Assembly: GCA_964652615.1 (NCBI GenBank)
Contig: CAZZAT010000001.1
Location: 284,337-348,336, forward strand
Direction of reading: 5' to 3'
Source: an uncultured Candidatus Saccharibacteria bacterium
Lineage (GTDB): Bacteria > Patescibacteriota > Minisyncoccia > Phycocordibacterales > Phycocordibacteraceae
Length of the DNA: 64,000 nt
The translations under genes were made by a program, and so were the position numbers. The notes under the pieces were generated by a model. It was not told where the DNA came from, did no database searches, and was given only the letters and a program-made list of their open reading frames with translations. Shown here piece by piece: positions 26,941 through 35,548 of the stretch. Numbering within the stretch: position 1 is the stretch's first letter; each line of letters opens with the position of its first letter.

Positions 26941-28287
26941 ATGAACCGCTCTGATCCACACGAGCTTTGGGAGCACCTTCTTTCGCAGGTAGAACTTTCT
27001 ATTTCAAGCGCAAACTTCAATACCTGGTTTCGCGAGAGTCACATTGTAAAAATAGAGGAGGGAATCGTATATATAGGCGTTCCAAGCCAGTTTTTTAGAG
27101 ATTGGTACCAGAAAAAATTCCATCAACTTCTCCTTAAGATACTGCGTGCTGTTTCATATGAGTACCGGAATATCGAGTACGTCATCGTTAAAGATGCAAG
27201 AAAGCCTCGTACCGAAAAGAAAAGGGAGCAAAACAACCAAGAACTACCGCTCGATGAGTTTTACATTAATAAGAGCGACAATCTAAACCCTCGCTATACG
27301 TTCGAAACGTTTGTTATTGGTTCCTTTAACGATCTTGCGGTAAAAGCCGCTGAAGCTGCCATCAGGCGGCCTGGTATTACCTATAACCCGCTCTTTATTT
27401 ATGGAGAAACTGGCCGTGGTAAGACGCACCTTATTCAAGCTATAGGCAATCAGTACAAGAAACTCTACCCCGCACGCAAAGTCTATTACTTAACGTCTGA
27501 AAAGTTTGCTGTTGAATACACCGATGCGATGCAGCAGGGAACAGGGAATCGCTTTAAGGAAAAGTACCGTCAGTACGATCTCCTTATCATTGATGATGTG
27601 CAGTTCTTCTCAAAGAAAGATAAGACGCAAGAAGAACTCTTCCACCTCTTCAATGCGCTTCATGACAATAACCGTCAGATTATTTTCTCAAGCGACAGAC
27701 CACCACAAGCTATTCCTGATATAGCAGACAGGCTGCGCGGTCGGTTCCTTTCAGGTATGACAGTTGATATTTCTGAACCTGACGTTGAGTCGCGTGTAGC
27801 TATTGTTCGTAAAAAAGCAGCGCTTCATGGAGTGCTTCTTGGAGATGAGGTGGTTGAATATATCGCAACGAACGTTTCAGGTTCTATTAGAGAGCTTGAG
27901 GGGGTTATTAATAGTCTTGTCTGCCATGCGCAGGTAAAAGGCTCTGCTCCTGATATTGCTGAAGTGCGGCAGTCGCTTCGCTCATTCTCCAGACCTACAA
28001 AGACTGTTTCTGTAAAGAATGTAGTGTCTAAAGTTGCCGAGTTTTACGGTATCGATGAAGAGAGTATTTATGAAAAGACACGAAGAAGGGAGGTGGTACG
28101 ACCGCGCCAAGTCATTATGTATCTTCTTCGAGAAGACTTTTCTGTGTCCTATCCAACTATCGGTACCAAGCTCGGCGGACGCGATCACACTACCGTCATT
28201 CACTCGTGTGAGAAGGTGAAGCGGGAAGTGGTTGATGATGCAGAACTTGCAAAAGAAATACAGGATATTCGCGGGCTGTTAGTATAA
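26941..28287 (+). CDS. dnaA: Chromosomal replication initiator protein DnaA
   Basis: AAA+ motifs GETGRGKTHL, LLIIDDVQF; C-terminal DNA-binding helix ...YPTIGTKLGGRDHTTV. Confidence 0.95.
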   Translation: MNRSDPHELWEHLLSQVELSISSANFNTWFRESHIVKIEEGIVYIGVPSQFFRDWYQKKFHQLLLKILRAVSYEYRNIEYVIVKDARKPRTEKKREQNNQELPLDEFYINKSDNLNPRYTFETFVIGSFNDLAVKAAEAAIRRPGITYNPLFIYGETGRGKTHLIQAIGNQYKKLYPARKVYYLTSEKFAVEYTDAMQQGTGNRFKEKYRQYDLLIIDDVQFFSKKDKTQEELFHLFNALHDNNRQIIFSSDRPPQAIPDIADRLRGRFLSGMTVDISEPDVESRVAIVRKKAALHGVLLGDEVVEYIATNVSGSIRELEGVINSLVCHAQVKGSAPDIAEVRQSLRSFSRPTKTVSVKNVVSKVAEFYGIDEESIYEKTRRREVVRPRQVIMYLLREDFSVSYPTIGTKLGGRDHTTVIHSCEKVKREVVDDAELAKEIQDIRGLLV

Positions 28288-28499
28288 CTGTGGAAAACAT
28301 ATGAAAAACTTCCGTAGAGCGCTGGGGATACTAAAGAAGGAAGTGGTTATAACTCTGCGTTCTGTATTTTCTATCAACACAAGTGTTTTTACTTCGACTA
28401 TCTTTTCCCCACGTTATTACGCATACACCCTTCAAGAAAGTGAGTATCTAGGAGGTAAAACAAAGTTATCCACGTATTAACAGCATTAATAGTATTCAT
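28288..28499. promoter_or_regulatory. Candidate oriC: AT-rich dnaA-dnaN spacer with DnaA boxes
   Basis: TGTGGAAAA (28289-28297), TTATAACCAC-like, TTATCCACG (28467-28475), AT-rich stretch 28360-28500. Confidence 0.55.
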
Positions 28500-29597
28500 A
28501 TGATTATTTCAATAGATAAAAAAATACTAGGAGATGCAGTAAATACTGTTTCTAAGTTTTCTGAACGAAAAGTACTTTCTCTTCCTGCGCTTTCAGGAGT
28601 GGCACTTGAAGCAGGTGAAACTATTACGCTTCGGGCCACAAACCTTGAGACGGGGATAGAGCTACATATTGATGGTTCAGTGCGTTCAAAAGGCGGCGTG
28701 GCGCTCCCTGCGTCTATTTTCCGCGATATAACCGCATCCCTTTCAGGAAACGGATCGATAACACTTGAAACGTCTGGAGATACCCTTGCGCTCTCTACAG
28801 ATAAAGGGAAAAGCACGATTAAGACGCTTTCGTATGAGGATATGCCCACCCTCTCGGCTCCAGAAGAAGGAAAGACAACCTTCACCCTTTCAGGAGCAAC
28901 CCTACGCTCTCTTATACAGTCAGTAGCATCCTACGCGTCTCCTTCGACAGTACGTCCTGAACTTGCAAGTATCTTCCTATCAGCTGAAGGAGGTATGATA
29001 AAAGCGGTTGCAACTGATTCCTTCAGGCTTGCGGAGAAGAAAGTATCCGTGAATACAAAACTCTCTCCATTCTCCATGCTTATACCTGCAAAGAATGCAC
29101 TCGATATCATGCAGGTTATTCCAGATTCAGATATTGAAGTGAAAGCAGATGAACATCAATGCGTCTTCATATGGAACTCTGGGCGAGCTGTTACCAGACT
29201 TGTCTCTATGCAGTACCCAGATTACGCGCAGATTATTCCCAAAGCATTTTCTGCGGAAGCGACCGTCCTTAAAAAAGACTTTGAGACAGCTCTCAAAAGA
29301 GCCTCTGTATTTTCAGACTCTTTCCAGAAAGTGAAGCTTGGTCTTGATGCGAAAGGGAAGAAGGTAGCGTTTTCTGCCCGCAATACGGATATTGGAGAGT
29401 CGTCTGAAGATATAAGCGCATCAGCTTCTGGAGAGTCGCTTGAGCTTTCATTTAATCACCGCTATCTTGCAGCCCCCCTTCAAGGAATGACCAGTGAAAG
29501 TATTAGTCTTTCAGCTGCTGGTATAGGGCGTCCATTGGTAGTACGAGGACAAGGAGATCAGTCGTTTTTGTATCTGGTGATGCCAATGAATCAGTAG
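28500..29597 (+). CDS. dnaN: DNA polymerase III beta sliding clamp
   Basis: 365 aa immediately downstream of dnaA; three-domain clamp-like pattern. Confidence 0.9.
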   Translation: MIISIDKKILGDAVNTVSKFSERKVLSLPALSGVALEAGETITLRATNLETGIELHIDGSVRSKGGVALPASIFRDITASLSGNGSITLETSGDTLALSTDKGKSTIKTLSYEDMPTLSAPEEGKTTFTLSGATLRSLIQSVASYASPSTVRPELASIFLSAEGGMIKAVATDSFRLAEKKVSVNTKLSPFSMLIPAKNALDIMQVIPDSDIEVKADEHQCVFIWNSGRAVTRLVSMQYPDYAQIIPKAFSAEATVLKKDFETALKRASVFSDSFQKVKLGLDAKGKKVAFSARNTDIGESSEDISASASGESLELSFNHRYLAAPLQGMTSESISLSAAGIGRPLVVRGQGDQSFLYLVMPMNQ

Positions 29598-29602
29598 TTT
29601 TT

Positions 29603-31813
29603 TTAAAATACAAAATCAGGCGGCATTATCTCATATAGAATTTCTTGCTCCTCCTCATCACGGTTTCTTCGGTCGTTATCTTCATCAGTATCACTAAAAT
29701 CTGCAGAAAGAGAGTATTCCCAGTACGGGGTTTGTGCATCTCCTCGCGAAGTACCTCCCCCAAGCGGATTATCCTTGTTTACCCACCATAAAATGTCGTG
29801 TATGGAGCGTCCGTCGGTATAAATGCCGCGTAGCGCTGGCGGAGCGTTTTCAGGGATAGGACGGCGCTCCGAGAAATATTCTTGAGGAAGCTTCGCAAGC
29901 GCTACTTCCATAAATTCGTGCCACATAGGGGCGACGATGTAGCCTGCCACCTCTTTCACCATAGGAGAATTGTCATTGTTGCCAGCCCACACACCAACCG
30001 CAATGTTGGGAGTATATCCAACCGTCCACGCGTCTCGATAGTCGTTTGTCGTACCGGTCTTTGCGGCTACGTCATAGCCGGGGAAGTGGAACGGGTTTTG
30101 GGGAGGATATTCAGGGAACCGCGCTTCGTTGTTTGAAAGCATGTACGACATATCGCGTGCAACTCCCGCATCAATAACTTGTTCAGGAGCAGCTTCAAAT
30201 TCCTCAAGCGTCTTTCCGGTATCGTCCACTACTTTCAAAATGCCTGTAGGAGGATTGCGTACTCCTTCTGCGGCAAACACCGAGTAGGCACTTACCATAT
30301 CAAGGAGGCGTACTTCTGCAGCTCCGAGCGCAAGTGAGAGACCATACTCTTTAGCGTCTCCAAGGGTAGTGATGCCCATGCGCGTTGCGGTATCAATGAC
30401 CGTATCAATGCCTGCCATGTACATAATCTTCACTGCAGGGATGTTTATGGACTGTGCAAGGGCTGTGATGAAGGTCATGGGGCCACGGAACTTATCATCA
30501 TAGTTTCCAGGGGCGTAGCAGGGGTATTCACGCTCAAAGATGCCAGAAGGGTCGCAGGCGGTAGAGAACTGGGTGGGGAGGTCGAAGATGATGGTTTCAG
30601 GGGTGAAACCTTTTGCAAGCGCAGAAGCGTAGGTGAATGGCTTAAAAGAAGAGCCTGGCTGGCGTTCAGCGAGTGCAATATTGAAGTTGCCGTCTATTGC
30701 TTCATCGAAATAGTCGCGCGAACCAACCATAGAAAGGATCTGGCCCGTCTTTGGATCGATAGCAACGAGTGCCGCGTTCTCTGCGTTGAATTTCGTCTCA
30801 TTTTCAAGGGCGTAACGATTTACAACCGATTCAGCTTCACGTTGCAGGTCTACATCAAGGGTGGTTGTGACGGTGAGTCCTTGAGTTATTGCGGTAGGGC
30901 CATATTTATCTTCAAGATATTCTTCAATAAAGAAGACAAAATGAGGAGCAATGATTGAGTTCTCTCTATGTGGTGAGAACGCCACTTCTTCAGCAACCGC
31001 CTCTTCATATTCACTTTGCGTTATATACCCAAGCTTCAGCATGCGCTCAAGCACTATTTGCACGCGCGCATCAAGCGCTTCGCGGTTATTGCCGTACGGA
31101 GAGTAGTAGGTAGGAGCTTGGGGAAGTGCCGCAAGATACGCCGCTTCTTTTACCGATACCTCGGTGGCAGATTTTCCAAAGAATGCACGAGTTGCTGCTT
31201 CAATACCGTACAGAGTGCCTCCGTACGGGGTGTTGTTGAAATAGAGAGCAAGTATCTCTTCCTTGGTGTATCTCTGTTCGAGCTTAATAGCGAGCACCCA
31301 TTCATGTATCTTGCGTACGATAGTGCGATCGTTCGTAAGGAGAGTATTTTTAACAACTTGCTGGGTCAGTGTGGAACCTCCTTGGGTATAGCCATCGCGA
31401 AGGCCGGTCCATATAAGGATGTCAGCGCCCACCGCACGAATAATTGCAGGGATACTGATGCCGTTATGGTAGTAGAATGCCGAGTCTTCAATAGCAATCG
31501 TTGCCTCTTGAATGTTTTCGGAAATCTCTGAAAGAGGGACAATACTTCTCGTCACATCAGGATTAAGGTCGTGAAGCACTGTCTGTCCGGTACGATCTAA
31601 GATACGAGTGGACTCACTAATTTTTCTGGTTGAAAGCGTGTTTACGTCAGGCACTGGTTCAAGTGCAATCCAAAGGAGACCGATACCAAAACCGACCAAA
31701 ACAATACCAACCATAACAAAGCCCGCCTTTAAGAAGGCTGGCGGCTCATGCAGGAGCTTTTTGAGAGAGGAGAAAAGGGTCTTCTTTCGCACCATATGGA
31801 AGCATCGTAGCAT
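29603..31813 (-). CDS. Bifunctional class A penicillin-binding protein (glycosyltransferase/transpeptidase), PBP1A
   Basis: GT51 motifs EDSAFYYHNGIS, GGSTLTQQ; transpeptidase SxxK (SSFKPF), KTG(T). Confidence 0.9.
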   Translation of the reverse strand: MLRCFHMVRKKTLFSSLKKLLHEPPAFLKAGFVMVGIVLVGFGIGLLWIALEPVPDVNTLSTRKISESTRILDRTGQTVLHDLNPDVTRSIVPLSEISENIQEATIAIEDSAFYYHNGISIPAIIRAVGADILIWTGLRDGYTQGGSTLTQQVVKNTLLTNDRTIVRKIHEWVLAIKLEQRYTKEEILALYFNNTPYGGTLYGIEAATRAFFGKSATEVSVKEAAYLAALPQAPTYYSPYGNNREALDARVQIVLERMLKLGYITQSEYEEAVAEEVAFSPHRENSIIAPHFVFFIEEYLEDKYGPTAITQGLTVTTTLDVDLQREAESVVNRYALENETKFNAENAALVAIDPKTGQILSMVGSRDYFDEAIDGNFNIALAERQPGSSFKPFTYASALAKGFTPETIIFDLPTQFSTACDPSGIFEREYPCYAPGNYDDKFRGPMTFITALAQSINIPAVKIMYMAGIDTVIDTATRMGITTLGDAKEYGLSLALGAAEVRLLDMVSAYSVFAAEGVRNPPTGILKVVDDTGKTLEEFEAAPEQVIDAGVARDMSYMLSNNEARFPEYPPQNPFHFPGYDVAAKTGTTNDYRDAWTVGYTPNIAVGVWAGNNDNSPMVKEVAGYIVAPMWHEFMEVALAKLPQEYFSERRPIPENAPPALRGIYTDGRSIHDILWWVNKDNPLGGGTSRGDAQTPYWEYSLSADFSDTDEDNDRRNRDEEEQEILYEIMPPDFVF

Positions 31814-31878
31814 AACCCATGTATAGAAATAGAGAAACGGCGGCCAGTATTGGCCGCCGTGCTCGCGAAGAATACAAC

Positions 31879-32046
31879 CTACGCTTCTTCTTCGTCTTCG
31901 GTAGTGTCGCTTCCGCCGACTTCACTGAAACCGTTTTCAAGCAGATCTTCTTCGTCGGTGTCATCTACCATACCATCATCATCTCCAAGAAGGGAGCCGG
32001 TGGCCTCTTCTTCTAACTCATCGTCTCGTTCGAACTCGTCGCTCAT
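31879..32046 (-). CDS. Possible 55-aa highly acidic protein (MSDEFERDDELEEE...TEDEEEA)
   Basis: ORF below the 60-aa track cut-off, found by manual translation; no obvious RBS. Confidence 0.2.
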   Translation of the reverse strand: MSDEFERDDELEEEATGSLLGDDDGMVDDTDEEDLLENGFSEVGGSDTTEDEEEA

Positions 32047-32125
32047 GAACAGTAAGTTATTTTATATGCCGCTTGCGCGGGACACCCTATATGTAGCAAA
32101 CAGTGTTTTGCTTCGCAAGAGCGCT

Positions 32126-32605
32126 CTAGGAGGTCTGGGGATAGCGAAGGGAAAGCGCGGCAATGCCGATGCCAATCGCATCGAGTTCATCGTCCAAACG
32201 CTTCTTATGAGGTAGAGCTATAAGCAACGGAATCATGCGAGCCATGGCCTTTTTATCAGCGCGTCCGTCTCCCGTAACCGCAAGTTTTATGGTTCCTGGG
32301 GGGAGTTCGCGCACTTCAAGAGTCTGTGTTCCCGCTACAGCCAGAATTGCGCCCCGTGCTTCAGCAACACCAAGCGCTGTTTTTTTGTTAGTACTGAAAA
32401 AGAGCGTTTCAAGCGCAAGAATGTCTGGAGCGTAGGTGGTAATCGCTTTGGATACCGCCAAAGAAACCGCAGCAAGGCGTTCTTCCTTGTCTCCTTTTGG
32501 CGGCTGTATGCAGTCGCTCCACACAAGCACAGGCTTTGAAGGAGAGCCTTCAAGCACCGCAACACCCATGCGGTCAAAGCCAGGATCAATCGCCAGTATT
32601 CTCAT
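32126..32605 (-). CDS. ruvC: Holliday junction resolvase RuvC
   Basis: MRILAIDPGFDRMGVAVL... with catalytic Asp/Glu; start at the internal ATG 32605. Confidence 0.8.
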   Translation of the reverse strand: MRILAIDPGFDRMGVAVLEGSPSKPVLVWSDCIQPPKGDKEERLAAVSLAVSKAITTYAPDILALETLFFSTNKKTALGVAEARGAILAVAGTQTLEVRELPPGTIKLAVTGDGRADKKAMARMIPLLIALPHKKRLDDELDAIGIGIAALSLRYPQTS

Positions 32606-33143
32606 AGCCGTCAGCGTTTGTGAATACTTCCTGCGTATCGTCATAGTCATCAAGAAGGGTAAGTATTTCACGAAGCTTCTCCTCGTCTTCTCCTACAATC
32701 TGCATCTTCGGATCATTGGGTTCGTACCTCCCTTCAGGAGACTTAGTAAATGCCCACGAGGCACTTCCTGGTGTACCAAGCTCGTATCCATTTTTAGAGA
32801 GCAGATGTTTTATTTCCTGCGTCGTCCTATTCCTGCTATCAGTCACTGCAACGACGATAACAGCGCTTGCGCCAGGGCCGAAGAATTCATACGCAACTTG
32901 TTCAAGTGCTCCAGAGTCTTTGGAAGTACCTTTCGCTACTGCTCGCTCGATACTATCTTTAGGCATATTTGCTGCCTTGGCGCGCGTAATTGCTGCTGCA
33001 AGGGAAGGGGAAGAGGTGTCTCCGGCAACCTTCTTACTTTCAAGAGCTATTTCACGAGCAAATTTAGTAAAGGCTCGACTCTTTGCTGCATCAGTTACCG
33101 CTTTTGCGCGCTTTATTTGGGCCCACTTACTGTGTCCTGCCAT
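32586..33143 (-). CDS. YebC/PmpR-family protein (short, 185 aa)
   Basis: MAGHSKWAQIKRAK... signature N-terminus; conserved yebC-ruvC adjacency. Confidence 0.75.
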   Translation of the reverse strand: MAGHSKWAQIKRAKAVTDAAKSRAFTKFAREIALESKKVAGDTSSPSLAAAITRAKAANMPKDSIERAVAKGTSKDSGALEQVAYEFFGPGASAVIVVAVTDSRNRTTQEIKHLLSKNGYELGTPGSASWAFTKSPEGRYEPNDPKMQIVGEDEEKLREILTLLDDYDDTQEVFTNADGYENTGD

Positions 33144-33245
33144 GAGAGGAACTATAGCAAAAGGTTCGAATCCTAGGATGCCAACTAACTTTTGTGTGCA
33201 AAGAGAAAAGCCTACGCCCTTGCGGGTTTCGGCTCTCTGGAACTG

Positions 33246-33461
33246 TTATTTGTGCTTGAGCTTCGCTTTCACCTCTTCCTTGAAGCGCTCACGGTCTTCC
33301 GCCGGTACGGCGGCAACGTCCGCAGCGAAATCAAGATAGGTGAAGAGGTTGCCTCGCACCATAGATTCAACTTGGCTGTTGCCAACCAGGCTGGCTCGAT
33401 AGAGGTCGAGCGTATGGTCAACGAAGCTCGCGGCAGCTCGCACTTGATCTTCCGTATACAT
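33246..33461 (-). CDS. Hypothetical small cytoplasmic protein (cassette-array gene A)
   Basis: 71 aa; GGAG RBS 8 nt upstream; consensus promoter TTGACA-17-TAATAT upstream. Confidence 0.45.
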   Translation of the reverse strand: MYTEDQVRAAASFVDHTLDLYRASLVGNSQVESMVRGNLFTYLDFAADVAAVPAEDRERFKEEVKAKLKHK

Positions 33462-33487
33462 GACACGTCTCCTGCAGTCCTGGATTA

Positions 33488-33516
33488 ATATTAAGACACG
33501 GTAAACGCTATGTCAA
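33488..33516 (-). promoter_or_regulatory. Sigma-70-like promoter (TTGACA, 17-nt spacer, TAATAT) for gene A
   Basis: Read on the minus strand: TTGACAtagcgtttaccgtgtctTAATAT, directly downstream of repeat copy 1. Confidence 0.55.
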
Positions 33517-33522
33517 TAGCGC

Positions 33523-33551
33523 GGTTCCAACATCGTCCCAGGATGCCAGCA
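33523..33551 (+). repeat. 29-bp conserved element, copy 1 (GGTTCCAACATCGTCCCAGGATGCCAGCA)
   Basis: Manual alignment of the seven copies; followed by hairpin cgacccgc...gcgggtcg. Confidence 0.7.
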
Positions 33552-33607
33552 ACAAAACGACCCGCCGTTCCCTTGCGGTACTTAGCGGGTCGCTCATGCG
33601 TGTTGTC

Positions 33608-33967
33608 TTAGTTCATGGCGTAGTATGCCTTGGTCGCTTCGAAGTACTCATCGGACCAGCGCGGATCGAGGATGAAGACTCCTGTGATCCGCTGCGTGGT
33701 CCGCGTCGCCACGAGCTGTGCCAGGAATCGAGACTCCTGGTCCGTGTTGTCGATGCGGCGGATTTGTCCGTCGGTCGTCGTATAGATGACGCCACCGCAC
33801 TCGTCGATCCGAACCGAGCAACGCATAGCCCATTGCTCGACTTCGTACTCCGTTGCGATGACCGGCCTGAGCCCGTTATCCTGGGCAGCAGGCCGCGTCG
33901 GGTCCGATCCGCATGATGCGAGCGCGAGAAGCGCAGACACCAGAACAAGACTTTTCACATGCAGCAT
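33608..33967 (-). CDS. Putative lipoprotein (cassette-array gene B)
   Basis: Signal peptide with lipobox LALASC; AGGGAG RBS; start at the internal ATG 33967. Confidence 0.5.
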   Translation of the reverse strand: MLHVKSLVLVSALLALASCGSDPTRPAAQDNGLRPVIATEYEVEQWAMRCSVRIDECGGVIYTTTDGQIRRIDNTDQESRFLAQLVATRTTQRITGVFILDPRWSDEYFEATKAYYAMN

Positions 33968-34080
33968 GTGTATCTCCCTTTGCTGATGGGTGGTTGCCCA
34001 CGTGAACGGGTTTCCTAATAAATTATACACAAATATAGATATATGTCAATAACCTAGGTACACAGGCTCTTTTTCTAAAA

Positions 34081-34109
34081 AGTTCCAACAGCGTCCCAGA
34101 CAGCCAGCA
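34081..34109 (+). repeat. 29-bp conserved element, copy 2 (AGTTCCAACAGCGTCCCAGACAGCCAGCA)
   Basis: Followed by hairpin aaaccgcccgac...gtcgggcgggttt plus TTTATT. Confidence 0.7.
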
Positions 34110-34164
34110 TAAAAGAAACCGCCCGACCCAAGGAGCCGAGAGGTTCCTTTTGAGTCGGGCGGGT

Positions 34165-34398
34165 TTATTGCAATTGTGCTTGAACGCGGTCGCAGGGCAC
34201 TTCGACGACAACGTATGAGGCGTTGGCGTGAGCTGTGCCAGGAGCCGTCGTGACGCCGAAGCAGAGTCCGTTGCGAGTATCCTGAACGTAATTCAGGCTA
34301 TCGACAATAGCTTGTGCTCGGGTGTCGCTCGGGCTGCTGGGTTGGCCGCAGCTAGCGACCAAAACGGCCAAGCAGGCTGCAAAAACGAGCTTACGCAT
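34165..34398 (-). CDS. Putative small lipoprotein (cassette-array gene C)
   Basis: 77 aa; lipobox LVASC; GGGAG RBS. Confidence 0.5.
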   Translation of the reverse strand: MRKLVFAACLAVLVASCGQPSSPSDTRAQAIVDSLNYVQDTRNGLCFGVTTAPGTAHANASYVVVEVPCDRVQAQLQ

Positions 34399-34462
34399 GT
34401 CTTTCTCCCAAGGTTCAACTCAAAGTATATGCTACATAGTAACGCTACTTTGTCAATAGCAT

Positions 34463-34491
34463 GGTTCCAACAGCGTCCCAGACAGCCAGCA
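34463..34491 (+). repeat. 29-bp conserved element, copy 3 (GGTTCCAACAGCGTCCCAGACAGCCAGCA)
   Basis: Preceded by tgtcaatagc (reverse complement gives a TTGACA -35 for gene C); followed by hairpin taatctc...gaggatta. Confidence 0.7.
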
Positions 34492-34794
34492 TGGCTTAAA
34501 ACCTAATCTCCACAGACATGAGGATTAGTACTATCGAACTACTTGCATATTTTTAATACCTCGCTATTCTTATCTTTGGAAAGTCTGAAACTCTCTGCTG
34601 GTGACGAACTGGTCTATCAAGCCGCCAGAACGACAGAGAGGAAATGGGAATTGCAGCCCTAACCTATAGCTAAGGTGCCAAATGGGAACCGCGAGGTTCC
34701 AACCGACGCTTAGGGGAGTGCCCCACAACCGTGATCAGCGAGTTAGGGGAGCGCACACGATCCGATAGGATTTTCCGCTCTTTCAACCAATAGC

Positions 34795-34823
34795 CACCCC
34801 ATGCGCGGGGTGGCTAACTTTTT
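34795..34823 (+). terminator. Hairpin plus T5 tract ending a ~290-bp non-coding stretch
   Basis: gccacc-atgcgcgg-ggtggc followed by taacTTTTT. Confidence 0.4.
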
Positions 34824-34830
34824 GCATAAA

Positions 34831-34859
34831 AGTTCTAACTTCGTCCCATTCCCTCAGCA
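34831..34859 (+). repeat. 29-bp element, degenerate copy 4 (AGTTCTAACTTCGTCCCATTCCCTCAGCA)
   Basis: About 20 of 29 positions match the consensus; lies just upstream of the DUF1653 gene. Confidence 0.45.
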
Positions 34860-34879
34860 ATTTGTTAGAATTATTTACA

Positions 34880-35160
34880 TGGAATATAAGAAACTTGATA
34901 CGTCCGTAATCCGCAATCGTATCTATGAGCATTACCGAGGCAATCGCTATGTCGTCGTTGATATTGCAAAGAATGCTGATCTCGACGGAGATGAGTTTCT
35001 GGTCATCTATCGCGCGCTTTATGATCACGGGCAGTTGTACTCAACAGCGCTAGAGCGGTTCACAGGACTCAATAGTGAAGGCACTCCTCGTTTCCGCCTG
35101 GTCGACATCGAAGAGGGGAACCGAAACCCTAATCACGTCTATCCAACGATTACGATGTAG
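34880..35160 (+). CDS. DUF1653-like small protein (cassette-array gene D)
   Basis: IYEHYRGNRYVVVDIAKNADLDGDEFLVIYRALYD...PRFRLV resembles the DUF1653 pattern (hYKG..Y.V...A.HSET.E.LVVY..LY). Confidence 0.55.
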
Positions 35161-35170
35161 TTTGGACAAA

Positions 35171-35199
35171 AGTTCCATAATCGTCCCAGACGGCCAGCA
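35171..35199 (+). repeat. 29-bp conserved element, copy 5 (AGTTCCATAATCGTCCCAGACGGCCAGCA)
   Basis: Followed by hairpin atgcccgg-aatgt-ccgggcat, which also serves as the terminator of minus-strand gene E. Confidence 0.65.
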
Positions 35200-35238
35200 T
35201 CGGCAAAAGAAAATGCCCGGAATGTCCGGGCATTAGTC

Positions 35239-35463
35239 TTAGTCTGTGGCACTCCTGAGTTCAAGGAACCTCTTGGCTTGAGAATACCCACAATCGTAGT
35301 GCTCGTTGCCTTTAAGTTCAAAGTTAGGCTCACGACCATTGTCAGCGTCCTCAGCTCCCATTTGTCGTAGGCGTGCTGGGCTCACTTCAACACCTCTCAT
35401 GTGGTCAAAGACGCCAGTGCAGTTTGTGGGCCTGTCCCACCGACCGGTCTCATGGTTGTACAT
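35239..35463 (-). CDS. Hypothetical small protein (cassette-array gene E)
   Basis: 74 aa; GAGGAG RBS. Confidence 0.45.
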   Translation of the reverse strand: MYNHETGRWDRPTNCTGVFDHMRGVEVSPARLRQMGAEDADNGREPNFELKGNEHYDCGYSQAKRFLELRSATD

Positions 35464-35503
35464 GATGTATCTCCTCTGAAATCAAGAGTACCAGACCTAG
35501 ACT

Positions 35504-35530
35504 GGTTCCAATAGCGTCCCAGACAGCCAG
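35504..35530 (+). repeat. 29-bp conserved element, copy 6 (GGTTCCAATAGCGTCCCAGACAGCCAG, 3' end truncated)
   Basis: Ends 18 bp before the NUDIX gene start; no hairpin follows. Confidence 0.65.
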
Positions 35531-35548
35531 AAACGGTATACTGTTCGC

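Noticed and set aside
31850-32215. 121-aa Ser-rich plus-strand ORF
   Set aside because: It is antisense to the acidic mini-ORF and the PBP1A 3' region. Its low-complexity poly-Ser comes from complementary GA-rich codons.
34228-34506. 92-aa plus-strand ORF spanning lipoprotein gene C and repeat copy 3
   Set aside because: It is antisense to a gene with RBS, lipobox and promoter, and it reads through the conserved repeat.
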